Source: an uncultured Desulfarculus sp. (GTDB lineage Bacteria; Desulfobacterota; Desulfarculia; Desulfarculales; Desulfarculaceae). Taken from it: 64,000 bases of DNA. This document shows, in pieces, positions 1-12,555 of this stretch. The stretch covers positions 480,001-544,000 of the forward strand of contig CAXXUK010000002.1 of the NCBI GenBank assembly GCA_963665125.2. The letters run 5' to 3'. Under the pieces are notes generated by a model. It made no database searches and was not told the DNA's origin. It was given only the letters and a program-made list of their open reading frames with translations. Numbering within the stretch: position 1 is the first letter of the stretch; every line of letters begins with the position of its first letter. Position numbers and translations under genes: made by a program.

Positions 1-6
1 GATCAA

Positions 7-897
7 TTGAAAAAAGTGATAATAGACCGCTTTCAGGACCTAATTACATTTGATATGGCCGTATGGGTCAGTGGTCATGCCGAGAATCTGACGGTCCACA
101 ATACATATCTGTACAACTTGCCAGACAACCTGATGGATTCCTGGGAAAATATTAAATATGAAGACCGGGTCCTGGCCGCTGTATTGGAAGAGCCCGGCGT
201 TACAGTGAAGGCTTGTGAGCTATATACACCGCAGGAACGCCAGGAGTCTCCGGCATATAAGGATCATTCCAAGTTTTTCGGTATAGAAGCGGTGCTTTCA
301 ACGGGCCTCATCGACCCCAAAACCGGCCTTTTGGACGCGATAAGCCTTTATCGCCGGGAGCGGGAAAATATATATACTGACGATGACCGCCGGACCAAGC
401 AGTTTTTGTTTCCCTTCATGATTCAGATTTGGCACCAAAACCAGATTCACTACCTCAAGAGCGTATCCGGCGGCGACTACGGCCAGGCCTCGGCCATTTG
501 CGACAAGGCGGGCTGGATCCGCAACGCTGACGGGGAGTTCATCGGGTTGTTGAAAAAACAATGGCCTGGCTGGACCGCCCCGGCCCTGCCCCATGAAATG
601 GCAACGTGGTTGACCGCCGGAAGCGGCGCTCCGTTAAGGACCGGCGAATTGATCGTGACCTCGAAAATGCTTGATGACTTGCACCTGCTTCAGGCCCGGC
701 CCAGGGGCCCGCTGATCCTGCTTTCGGCCCGGGAGGAAGAGATAGCCGAGGCCTTTGCCTCTGGTCTGTCGTACAAGCGCATTGCCGAGAAGCTTTTTGT
801 CTCGCCGTCCACAGTGCGCCGCCACCTGGAAAACATCTACAAAAAGCTGGGCGTGTCCAACAAGGTTGAGCTGTTTCAGCTCATCAACCAGGGTTAA
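7..897 (+). CDS. LuxR-family (C-terminal HTH) transcriptional regulator, probably 5'-truncated by the window edge
   Basis: C-terminal LSAREEEIAEAFASGLSYKRIAEKLFVSPSTVRRHLENIYKKLGV is a LuxR HTH; paralog of 2393..3358. Confidence 0.85.
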   Translation: MKKVIIDRFQDLITFDMAVWVSGHAENLTVHNTYLYNLPDNLMDSWENIKYEDRVLAAVLEEPGVTVKACELYTPQERQESPAYKDHSKFFGIEAVLSTGLIDPKTGLLDAISLYRRERENIYTDDDRRTKQFLFPFMIQIWHQNQIHYLKSVSGGDYGQASAICDKAGWIRNADGEFIGLLKKQWPGWTAPALPHEMATWLTAGSGAPLRTGELIVTSKMLDDLHLLQARPRGPLILLSAREEEIAEAFASGLSYKRIAEKLFVSPSTVRRHLENIYKKLGVSNKVELFQLINQG

Positions 898-915
898 GCC
901 AAGGCCTCAAAAAGA

Positions 916-945
916 GGCGCGGACCGGATTGCTCCGGCCCGCGCC
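916..945. terminator. Hairpin between convergent genes (likely bidirectional terminator)
   Basis: ggcgcggaccgga-ttgc-tccggcccgcgcc with nearby A and T runs. Confidence 0.6.
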
Positions 946-962
946 CATGCTTTTCAGACAGT

Positions 963-1457
963 TTATTGCCTGGTTAGAGTGATGGTTTCATCTTGAGCGC
1001 CGTGATGCCCCTTGGTGCCGCTCATTTTGGAGCAGGTGCCCGTTGCGTAGTTGACCAACATGACATAGGCATATCTTTGTCCATCGCATTCGATAAAATA
1101 GGTGATGGTGACGACTCCATTTTCAACCGCGGCGGCCATACTGCCGCTCAGCGTTGTCGACGGACATGAACTGATGGTGATGCCGGTCATGGCGCCGCTG
1201 CTGTCAAAGGTCATGGTGCCGGTGGCCGTGGGGGTGGAGTAATTCCATGTTCCAGCAATGCTGTTCAGGCATTCGTTGTTGTGGGCTTCAGTAGGTGAAA
1301 CCGTCGGGGCTGCGGTTGCCGTTGCCGTGGGCGCTGCCGTCTCCGTGGGGTCCGTAAGATAGTCGGCGGTGGTGCCTTCGCCGCCGCCGGAATGGCAGGC
1401 GATGAAGCCCGCGCAAAAGACCATGACCGTGATTATCATTAACGCATTTCGGTTCAT
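963..1457 (-). CDS. Hypothetical lipoprotein with Thr/Pro-rich linker and small beta-rich domain
   Basis: Signal peptide ending in lipobox-like FIAC-HSGGG; GGAG RBS; paralog of the next gene. Confidence 0.7.
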   Translation of the reverse strand: MNRNALMIITVMVFCAGFIACHSGGGEGTTADYLTDPTETAAPTATATAAPTVSPTEAHNNECLNSIAGTWNYSTPTATGTMTFDSSGAMTGITISSCPSTTLSGSMAAAVENGVVTITYFIECDGQRYAYVMLVNYATGTCSKMSGTKGHHGAQDETITLTRQ

Positions 1458-1543
1458 GTTTGTTCTCCGATTGGTTGTAACGCGCTTGTGAAACTAGATG
1501 CCCGCATCACGGTTGCAGCCGATGCGGGGGCTTTACGGCCCTA

Positions 1544-2065
1544 CTACTTTTGCATGGCAATGCTTTCAGGGTCGCCACCGTGGTCTTTGGTGCCGCTCAT
1601 GACGTTGCACTTATCATCGACGAATTTGGCTGTAATCAAATACTTGTATGTCTTGCCAGCGTAAATGACCGTGTACTTGATATACACAGTGCCATCTATC
1701 AACTCGGCATTGGCATTGCCCGTGGTCGTGGTCAGAGTCATGTCACCGCTGTTGGTCTGGGTGATGCCTGTGACCTTGCCGTTGGAATCCAGGGTTAAGG
1801 TTCCCGTGGCACTGCCTGTGGCGAAAGTCCAGGTTCCGCCGATATTCTTGAAACATTCCTGCTGGGCATCCGTTGTCGGAGCATCGGTGGGCACCGGGGT
1901 GGACGTCGGTGTTAACGTGGGTGCAGGCGTGTAGGTCGCAGTTGATGTGGAGGTTGGTATGGGAAGTTGGTCTACCCCACTACCGCCGCCTGAGTGACAA
2001 GCGGCGATTCCAAAGCAAGCCAGCACAACTATCAAGGCGCTGATTACGAAAATGTTTCTCTTCAT
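1544..2065 (-). CDS. Hypothetical lipoprotein (paralog of 963..1457)
   Basis: Start re-assigned to MKRNIF (ATG 2065, GGAG RBS); lipobox IAAC-HSGGG; shared GTW, ATGT and MSGTK motifs. Confidence 0.7.
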   Translation of the reverse strand: MKRNIFVISALIVVLACFGIAACHSGGGSGVDQLPIPTSTSTATYTPAPTLTPTSTPVPTDAPTTDAQQECFKNIGGTWTFATGSATGTLTLDSNGKVTGITQTNSGDMTLTTTTGNANAELIDGTVYIKYTVIYAGKTYKYLITAKFVDDKCNVMSGTKDHGGDPESIAMQK

Positions 2066-2392
2066 TTTTAGTACTCCGAAGTGGTCTGATCGGGGCGGCC
2101 CGCAATTAAAACACAATTAACAAACAAAACGCTATTCCTAAATGACCATAGATGATCGTTATGCGCTGAGATTATGCGCAAGCATTTGTTTTGACAACGG
2201 TTTATCAATGTGTCCATAGGTAAAGCCACTACAGGCCAACGCATTGTAAACCATGCGGCCAACGCGGACGATGCTTAACTCTTTCAATGCATTAAAACCA
2301 TATTTGTCACTGGCTTGCTATCCGGCAGATGCCCTATGCTTAGCAAATATCAGTCAAGCTTGATCATTGAGCTTATCGTTATGGAGTGTGAC

Positions 2393-3358
2393 ATGACAGA
2401 AGACCGGCAGCTGCAAAGATTCCTCGAAGAAATTATCAGGGAGAGCTTCACCGACCCGGACAAGGCGCTCAAGGACCGATTGATGAAGCGCCTGCGCGGA
2501 CTTATCCCATTTGACATGGCCCTTTGGGCCAGCGGCCACACTGATGGATTGCGCGTGCATAACTTTTATCTGTACAACTTGCCCGACAGCTTGATGCGGA
2601 CATGGGAGCATATCAAGCACCAGGATCGGCTGCTGGCTGGCATGCTCGAAAATCCGGGCGTAACGTTTGACATGTATGATTACTATGCCAGCGACGAGCG
2701 CCAAAACCTCGAGGTTTATCGAAATCACAGCGCCGTATATAAAATCGAAAACGCCATTTCCACCACGATTAAGGACCCCGATACCGGCCTTCTGGAGATA
2801 ATGAGCCTGTATCGCAGCCAGCCGGATAAACGGTTCAGCGAGGCGGAAAGGCGTCTCAAACAGCTCGTTTTCCCGCTGATGGTCGGGCTTTGGCGCCAGG
2901 GCCAAATACAGTACTTAAAAGTGAAATACTGCGATGCGTCGGGCAGCGCGGCGGCCATCTGCGATGGTGCGGGCTGGCTGCGTTACGCCGAACCGAAATT
3001 CATTTCCCTGGTAAAGGACCAGTGGCCGGACTGGAGCGGACCGGCCCTGCCCGCGGTGCTGGACCTGGTTCGGGCGGCCAAAACCGGCGGCCAATTTCGG
3101 GGCAGCGAGGTGGTTGTGGAATCGGCCATACTCGACGATCTGATCCTGGTGCAGGCCTGGCCAAGGGGCAGCATGACCATGCTGACGCCCCGGGAAGAGC
3201 AGATAGCCGAATCCTACGCCGCGGGGCTGACCTACAAGGAGATTGCAACCGAACTGAATCTGGCTCCGTCCACGGTGCGCAGCCACATCGAAAGCATCTA
3301 CCGCAAACTTGAGGTTTCAAATAAAGTGGAACTGTTTCAACTGGTCAGCCAGGGCTGA
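2393..3358 (+). CDS. LuxR-family transcriptional regulator
   Basis: C-terminal LTPREEQIAESYAAGLTYKEIATELNLAPSTVRSHIESIYRKL; start at MTEDRQ after GGAG. Confidence 0.85.
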   Translation: MTEDRQLQRFLEEIIRESFTDPDKALKDRLMKRLRGLIPFDMALWASGHTDGLRVHNFYLYNLPDSLMRTWEHIKHQDRLLAGMLENPGVTFDMYDYYASDERQNLEVYRNHSAVYKIENAISTTIKDPDTGLLEIMSLYRSQPDKRFSEAERRLKQLVFPLMVGLWRQGQIQYLKVKYCDASGSAAAICDGAGWLRYAEPKFISLVKDQWPDWSGPALPAVLDLVRAAKTGGQFRGSEVVVESAILDDLILVQAWPRGSMTMLTPREEQIAESYAAGLTYKEIATELNLAPSTVRSHIESIYRKLEVSNKVELFQLVSQG

Positions 3359-3379
3359 CCAAGACATGGAGGCAGGGCT

Positions 3380-3691
3380 ATGAAGATTTTGTTTATCATT
3401 TCAACGGCAGAAGGCGAGACGATCTACAACGCCATGCGCCTGGCCAACGTCGGCGTAAAAAAAGGCGACGAGATCAGTGTGTTCATGCTGGGCAAGGGCG
3501 TGACCTTTGAGAGCAGCGGAAGTGAGATGTTCGACATCATGGGGCAAATCAATCAGTTCGAGGGCGACTTTTACGTCTGAGGCGTCTGCATGAAAGCCCA
3601 CGGTCTGGAGGGCTCAGCCACCTGCCCCATAGCTTGGATGGACGACCTTTACGAATTGTCCAAGGAGGCGGACAAGGTCATCACGTTCTAA
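3380..3691 (+). CDS. DsrE/DsrF-like sulfur relay protein, probable selenoprotein (TGA 3578-3580 = Sec, UGVC motif)
   Basis: Reading through TGA gives ...FYV-U-GVCMKAHGLEGSATCPIAWMDDLYELSKEADKVITF*, the typical DsrE C-terminus; hairpin downstream of the TGA. Confidence 0.85.
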
Positions 3692-3718
3692 GGCTAAGGC
3701 GGTCTGCTTTATAAAATG

Positions 3719-3760
3719 AAAACGCCGGTAGGAAGCGCGGGGCCTCCGACCGGCGTTGAT
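3719..3760. terminator. Hairpin between convergent dsrE-like gene and thiolase
   Basis: aacgccggt...accggcgtt inverted repeat flanked by A/T runs. Confidence 0.55.
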
Positions 3761-3781
3761 TTTATAGAACCGAAGCTTTAA

Positions 3782-4990
3782 CTATCGGCGCAGGTTCTCG
3801 ATGACCGTGGACACGCCCAGGCCGCCGCCGCAGCAGGAGCCGAAAACGCCGTAACGGCCGCCGGTGCGCTCAAGCTGCTTCATGGTGAAGATGCACACAC
3901 GGGAGCCGGAAGCGCCGTTGGGATGGCCAAAGGCGATGGCGCCGCCCAGCGGGTTCCATTTTTCCATGTCCACCTTTTCGCCGGTCTGCTTTTCGATCTC
4001 GCGGATAACGGCCACGTTCTGGGTGGCGAAGGCTTCGTTGCACTCCATTACGTCCATGTCGGCGAGCTTCAGGCCGGCGCGCTTGATGGCCTTGGGCATG
4101 GAGTAACCCGGGGCGATACCCATGATCCTGGGGTCCACGCCGTGGTCGGCGCCGCAGATCCACTTGGCGTAGGGCTTATAACCCAGTTCCTTGGCCTTTT
4201 CGGCGGTCATCATCAAGACGAACGCGCCGCCGTCGTTACGGCCCGAGGCGTTGCCGGCGGTGACCGTGCCGCCCTCTTTGAAGACCGCTTTCAGTTTGGT
4301 CAGACCCTCGAGGGTGGTCTCGGGGCGGGGATGCTCGTCCGTGTCGAAGACCTTCTCGGGGGACTTGCGGGTGGCCGGGAAGACCACGGGGACGATCTCG
4401 TCCTTGAAGTAGCCGTTTTCCATGGCGAACTTGGCCCGGGCCTGGCTGTTGTAGGCAAATACGTCGGCTTCTTCGCGGGTGACGTTGTACATCTCGGCCA
4501 GGTTCTCGGCGGTCAGACCCATGCCGATGTTCTCGTCCTTGACCGGTGACAGCTGGCCTTGGATGGGTAGCGGCGGAATCAGCTTGTAGGGCGCGGTGGC
4601 CATGGAGAATTTGGCGAACATCTGGCTGTAGGCTTCCATGCCGCCGGCGATGGCGATTTCAGCTTCACCTGCCATGATCTTCCACGCGGTGTGGTTGATG
4701 CTGTCGATGGCCGAACCGCACTGCATTTCAACGTAGCTGGCGGTGGTCTCGTAACCCAGGCCGGAGGCCAGGGCCACCCAGCGGGCCGGGTTCATGGCGA
4801 CGGAGCAGTGGGCAGCCGCGCCACACATCAGGGTGTCGACCTTGGCTTTTTCCAGGATGCCGGTTTTCTCGATCAAGCCCTTGGCGGCGACGGCGCCGAG
4901 CTGGGAGGCAAACATATCCCGAAGGGTGCCGCCCATGCGGCCGAAAGCCGTGCGAGCGCCGTCTACGATTACAACTTCTCTTGCTGCCAT
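3782..4990 (-). CDS. Thiolase (acetyl-CoA C-acyltransferase family)
   Basis: MQCGS active-site Cys, NEAFA, GGAIAFGHPNGASG, CCGGGLG motifs. Confidence 0.95.
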   Translation of the reverse strand: MAAREVVIVDGARTAFGRMGGTLRDMFASQLGAVAAKGLIEKTGILEKAKVDTLMCGAAAHCSVAMNPARWVALASGLGYETTASYVEMQCGSAIDSINHTAWKIMAGEAEIAIAGGMEAYSQMFAKFSMATAPYKLIPPLPIQGQLSPVKDENIGMGLTAENLAEMYNVTREEADVFAYNSQARAKFAMENGYFKDEIVPVVFPATRKSPEKVFDTDEHPRPETTLEGLTKLKAVFKEGGTVTAGNASGRNDGGAFVLMMTAEKAKELGYKPYAKWICGADHGVDPRIMGIAPGYSMPKAIKRAGLKLADMDVMECNEAFATQNVAVIREIEKQTGEKVDMEKWNPLGGAIAFGHPNGASGSRVCIFTMKQLERTGGRYGVFGSCCGGGLGVSTVIENLRR

Positions 4991-5585
4991 ATTTATTCCT
5001 CACAAAAACAAAGGGTTAAGTCTTCGTCCTGCTGGTGAAAACCGGGACGGACTATTGATTGACTTGTATATTTGGACACTATGATGACGTGCCCATTTAA
5101 ACAATGTTTATTAAGAATGCGGCCGATGCTAAAAATCTGACGACAGAATATACCATAAAAAACAAATGGCACTAAGAAAAATAGGCTAAAAATATAATCG
5201 AAAGGCAATAACCTGGCCATTTACCACAATGAGCGCGCCTGACCAGCCATTACGGCGCGCGGCTTGGTCGATGCAAGAGGATGCGGCGCCTTGTTTTTTG
5301 GGGCATGAGCCGTGGCTTTGGACGTCCGCCGCGCCATATCGGGTGATAAAGACTTCCCAGGGTTTAATATTTCGCTATAATCTCTACTTAATCTTTATGT
5401 GCTGACATTAGTTGGTATTAAGATTTAAAACTAATTGAATAGGGCTGGCTTGGTTGGCCGCGCTCATTCCAACGCTCAAATCCGTCTACGCCCAGCCACC
5501 GGGGCTCAATGCAAGCCCATGACCAGCCGTAAAAAAAGCGGCAGCGCCGTAGTACGCAATAATTGTCTCGGGAGGATCACCGCAA

Positions 5586-8807
<3,222 letters not shown>

Positions 8808-8830
8808 GTCTGCTAATCAATGAGTAACGG

Positions 8831-8868
8831 CCGCCCGCCCCGGTAAACGGAGCGGGCGGTTTCTTTTA
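8831..8868 (+). terminator. Intrinsic terminator after carB
   Basis: ccgcccgc...gcgggcgg followed by tttctttt. Confidence 0.7.
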
Positions 8869-8879
8869 GGGATGGGGGA

Positions 8880-10349
8880 TCAGCCCTTGGCCTTGGCCAG
8901 CAGGTCCATGGTCACCCGGCCGTCGGCAATGTCCTGGGCTCCCACAAAGGCCGGAGCCCCGCCGTCCAGGCAGGTGAAATCGCCGCGCATGGTCCGGGCC
9001 AGGGCATTGTCGCCGTCGGCCAGTTCCCGGAAGCGCCGCCCGGCGTACTGCACGCCCCGCAGCAGGGAACCCGTGGGCACATACACCCGCATGGCGTAGC
9101 CGTTGTCCAGCACGGCCTTTTTGATGGGGTCGCCCATGCCGTAGAGCATCTGGATCTGGGGTTTGGGGCGGCCCAGCATCTCGGCGGCGGCCATGGCGTG
9201 GGCCTGGGTGCGCATGTTGTGGGTGGCGAAGGCCGGGTCAAAGGCGTCTTTTTCGATGAGCATGTATTCGCAAAGGGCCTCGTAGTTTGCGTCCGTGGAC
9301 GACTTGTAGCTCCACACCGGGCTCTTGCGGCCTTGCTTTTGGGCCAGGTCTTTTTCGTATTGCTCGTAGGCGCCCTTGACCAGCCTGATGGGAGCCTGGA
9401 TGCCCAAGGACCTGGCCCAGCGGCCCAGGTCTTCCAGGTCATTGGCCGAGTCGCGCAGATAGGCCTGGATCACCAGGCCCATGCGATAGGAACCGTCGCC
9501 GTTGCGGTATTGGTCCAGGTTTTGTTCCACGGCCTTTTTGAACATGGCGATGGTCAGGTTCTTGTAGACGTATTCCTCCATGTCGATGCGCACGTGGACA
9601 TGCTTGGCCGGTGGCTCGGCCGCAGCCTTGATCAGGCCGCCCAGCCGGTCGACGATTTCATCGCGTTTTTGACGGGCCGCCTGGCCGCTGCCCAGGGCCG
9701 CGCCCAGATCATAGACCAGGGCCGATAGTTTGATGGACACCCAGATTTGCTCCAGGTCTCCCATCTCATTGGATTGTTGGATAAGCTCCCGGTAAAAACC
9801 GTAGTACTGCCGCGCGCCTTCATCAGACAGCGCCGCGTCGCCGACATTGTCTATGGAAACGCCGAAGCCCTTGGCCTTCATCTGCTTGATGAACTGGTAT
9901 ACCTTGGCGGCCCGGTTTTTTTCTTCGGTTTCTTCGCCGTCGACGCTGGTCAGCAGCAGGAAAGGCTCGCACATCCATTCGGTGAAGGGAATCAGCGGCC
10001 AGAAGAGGATCTGGGCCCAGCGCTCGGTGGCCAGGGTGTTGAGATACCACTCGGTGACGTCGATCCACGGCTCTTCCATGGACAGATGCATCAACTGGGT
10101 GCGCAGGCTGTCGGCCTCGTCGTCATGGGCCAGTTCCTGGAGCATGTCCTCTTGCAGCTTGTCCAGGCGCCGTAGGGTCGCGGCCTCCAGAACCTTGTCC
10201 TGCTTGGCCAGGCCCGGTCCGGCGGGTAGGGGCTCGGCGGCCGGGGCTGTTTGGGCCCGTGCGGTTCTGGCCAATGCCGGGGCCAGGCCGACGCCGGCGG
10301 CCAATCCCAGGCCGCTTTTGATAAAGGCTCTGCGGTTGAGTTCGGACAT
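8880..10349 (-). CDS. Proline dehydrogenase-like flavoprotein with twin-arginine signal
   Basis: SIKLSAL, RIDMEE, VIQAYLRD, IRLVKGAY, FATHN, QMLYGM motifs of PRODH; N-terminal NRRAFIK followed by a hydrophobic stretch. Confidence 0.8.
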   Translation of the reverse strand: MSELNRRAFIKSGLGLAAGVGLAPALARTARAQTAPAAEPLPAGPGLAKQDKVLEAATLRRLDKLQEDMLQELAHDDEADSLRTQLMHLSMEEPWIDVTEWYLNTLATERWAQILFWPLIPFTEWMCEPFLLLTSVDGEETEEKNRAAKVYQFIKQMKAKGFGVSIDNVGDAALSDEGARQYYGFYRELIQQSNEMGDLEQIWVSIKLSALVYDLGAALGSGQAARQKRDEIVDRLGGLIKAAAEPPAKHVHVRIDMEEYVYKNLTIAMFKKAVEQNLDQYRNGDGSYRMGLVIQAYLRDSANDLEDLGRWARSLGIQAPIRLVKGAYEQYEKDLAQKQGRKSPVWSYKSSTDANYEALCEYMLIEKDAFDPAFATHNMRTQAHAMAAAEMLGRPKPQIQMLYGMGDPIKKAVLDNGYAMRVYVPTGSLLRGVQYAGRRFRELADGDNALARTMRGDFTCLDGGAPAFVGAQDIADGRVTMDLLAKAKG

Positions 10350-10480
10350 GATTTGCACTCCCCCTGCGGATCTGCGGTTGTTGGCTACACAATACACCGG
10401 GCAAAAAGTGAATGGCTAAATAAAGAGGCGGAATTCGTGTGATAAGATGCATCATTGCCGCAAAGCAACGACGGAGGGAT

Positions 10481-11797
10481 ATGAGCTTGTCGATGAACAA
10501 TCTTGGCCGCATGCGAGCCGCGGTTCCACGGCTGCTTTTGGCGGCTCTGGTCTGCCTGGGCCTGGCCGGATGCGCGTCCGGCAAGCCTTACAGCATCAAC
10601 ATGATGCCCGCGCCCGAGGTCTTCGCGGCCGGATTGATCGACCCCTTCGCCGGGATTACCCGGGATAAACGCGCTCCGTACCAAGGCATCCTCTACGCCA
10701 CCGACAGGTTGCCCGCTGCAACCAGCGAGGATTTTTACGGCAACAAGGAGGGCTACATTCTGCGCCTGGGCCTGGCCGAGGTGGAGATCGGCCAAGGCAA
10801 ATTCACCTGGTGGGACGCCAGCAAGGGCACGATCTTGAAAAACCGTACGGAAAACTATTCCCTGCGCATAAGCAAGATCGACGAATACGGGCCCCTGGAC
10901 AGCACCTTCACGGTGTTCACGCCCTACGAACTCAAACCGGAGAAACCGGGCGATGCGGCGGCTGAATTCGCCAATAAAATCAACGGTAAATTGGCCATTT
11001 CCAAAGACAAGGATATCAATGTCTACGTTCACGGCTACAGGACCGTATTTGAAAATCCGGTGCTGGTGGTGGGGGAGCTGTGGCATTTCATGGGTTATGA
11101 CGGCGTGTTCCTGGCCTTCTCATGGCCGGCCACGCCCGAGGTCCTGGCCTATGTCTCCGACCTTGAGACCACGGCCGTTTCCTCGCGCAACCTGCGCGTC
11201 TTTTTGCGGTATTTAGCGGAAAGAACAAACGCCCGGCAAATAAACGTCATCGGCTACAGCGCCGGGACAAGGGTGGTGTTGCAGGCACTATCGCAACTGG
11301 CCCTGGTGAACCAGGGCAACCCCGGGGCGATCGATTTGCGCATCGGCCAGGTCATCCTCATCGGCAGCGATGTGGGGCGTGCCGCCTTTGCGGCGGCCCT
11401 GGCCGACGGCCTGTTGGATATGGCCCGATCAATTACTATTTACGCATCCAGCAAAGATACGGCCCTGGACTTTTCCAGCCACATATTCCGGCGTGAACGT
11501 CTGGGCCAGATTTCCGCGTCGCTGAGCAGCCCCCAAGGCGAAAGGTTTCTTCGGGAAACCCCCAGGCTCAATGTCATAAACGTGACCAAGGCCGAAGGGT
11601 CCACCTCGGGCAACGGCCACAGCTATTTCCGCAACAGCCCCTGGGCCAGCAGCGACATCCTGCTTTCGCTGATGTACGACCTGCCGCCCGCAGAACGGGG
11701 TCTGGTCCGGCAGCAGGACATGCCGGTCTGGTCTTTCCCGCCTGATTATATCCACCGCTTGAAAGATTCCCTCAAGGCACAAGGCATAATAAAATAA
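10481..11797 (+). CDS. Alpha/beta hydrolase lipoprotein (DUF900-like esterase)
   Basis: Lipobox LAGC; YATDR, YVHGY, FSWP, GYSAG nucleophile elbow, GHSYF. Confidence 0.8.
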   Translation: MSLSMNNLGRMRAAVPRLLLAALVCLGLAGCASGKPYSINMMPAPEVFAAGLIDPFAGITRDKRAPYQGILYATDRLPAATSEDFYGNKEGYILRLGLAEVEIGQGKFTWWDASKGTILKNRTENYSLRISKIDEYGPLDSTFTVFTPYELKPEKPGDAAAEFANKINGKLAISKDKDINVYVHGYRTVFENPVLVVGELWHFMGYDGVFLAFSWPATPEVLAYVSDLETTAVSSRNLRVFLRYLAERTNARQINVIGYSAGTRVVLQALSQLALVNQGNPGAIDLRIGQVILIGSDVGRAAFAAALADGLLDMARSITIYASSKDTALDFSSHIFRRERLGQISASLSSPQGERFLRETPRLNVINVTKAEGSTSGNGHSYFRNSPWASSDILLSLMYDLPPAERGLVRQQDMPVWSFPPDYIHRLKDSLKAQGIIK

Positions 11798-11877
11798 TAA
11801 TAAAGGTATCGATTAATGCCAGTAACGTCAGTGTTTTACGCTTTGTCTGCCGCTGGCGTTAAATTTTAACAACTCTG

Positions 11878-11923
11878 TTGACAGTGCGGATAATCGGCAC
11901 TACACTGACTGACATGTCAGTCA
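11878..11923 (+). promoter_or_regulatory. Sigma70 promoter (TTGACA-N17-TACACT) with overlapping perfect 18-bp palindrome (putative TetR operator)
   Basis: TTGACA 11878-11883, TACACT 11901-11906, TGACTGACATGTCAGTCA 11906-11923 spanning ATG 11914. Confidence 0.75.
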
Positions 11924-12555
11924 AAAAACAAAAAAAGGAGGCTACCGAGGCCTCCCTTATAGAGGCCGCAATCAAGGTGTTCCGCGAAGTCGGATACGCC
12001 AAGGCCAGGGTGTCGGACATCGTGTCCCAGGCCGGCGTGTCCCAGGGCACCTTTTATCTCTATTTCAAATCCAAGGAAGACATCCTGCGGCGGATCATTT
12101 CCTCGCTGAAGGATAATTTCAACAAGGCCTTGGAAGACGTGGACGTTGTTTTTGCCGGCGAAACCGCCGAAGAGATGCTCCACAGCCTTTCAATGTTTCT
12201 GGAAAAAGCCCTGGCCATGCATCACGAAAACATAGGCGCGGCCGAGATCATGTGGCGCGAGGGCTTTGGCCACGGCGGCGTTTTCGCCGAACTGTATTCG
12301 GAAACCTATTCCTATTTCATTGAAATCATCCGGGCGCGCATGAAGGAAGCTGCCGCCAGGGGCCTGATCAGTTGCGAACGCATTGATGATTCGGCGGTCT
12401 TTCTGGTCAGCTTGTTCGAGAGAAGCTCGTTTTATTTCATGGTCATCGAAGGTGGTGTGGAAATCCCCAGGCTGGCTTCCAACCTGGCCCGGTTTATCCT
12501 TTTTGGCCTACTGCCGGAAACGAAAATCGCATTCAACAACCAGCAAAACAAGTGA
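11914..12555 (+). CDS. TetR/AcrR-family transcriptional regulator
   Basis: AAIKVFREVGYAKARVSDIVSQAGVSQGTFYLYFKSKE HTH. Confidence 0.92.
   Translation: MSVKKQKKEATEASLIEAAIKVFREVGYAKARVSDIVSQAGVSQGTFYLYFKSKEDILRRIISSLKDNFNKALEDVDVVFAGETAEEMLHSLSMFLEKALAMHHENIGAAEIMWREGFGHGGVFAELYSETYSYFIEIIRARMKEAAARGLISCERIDDSAVFLVSLFERSSFYFMVIEGGVEIPRLASNLARFILFGLLPETKIAFNNQQNK

Noticed and set aside
5220..5585. Possible riboswitch or PyrR attenuator upstream of carB
   Set aside because: No recognisable aptamer or terminator with a U tract; cannot be supported without a covariance search
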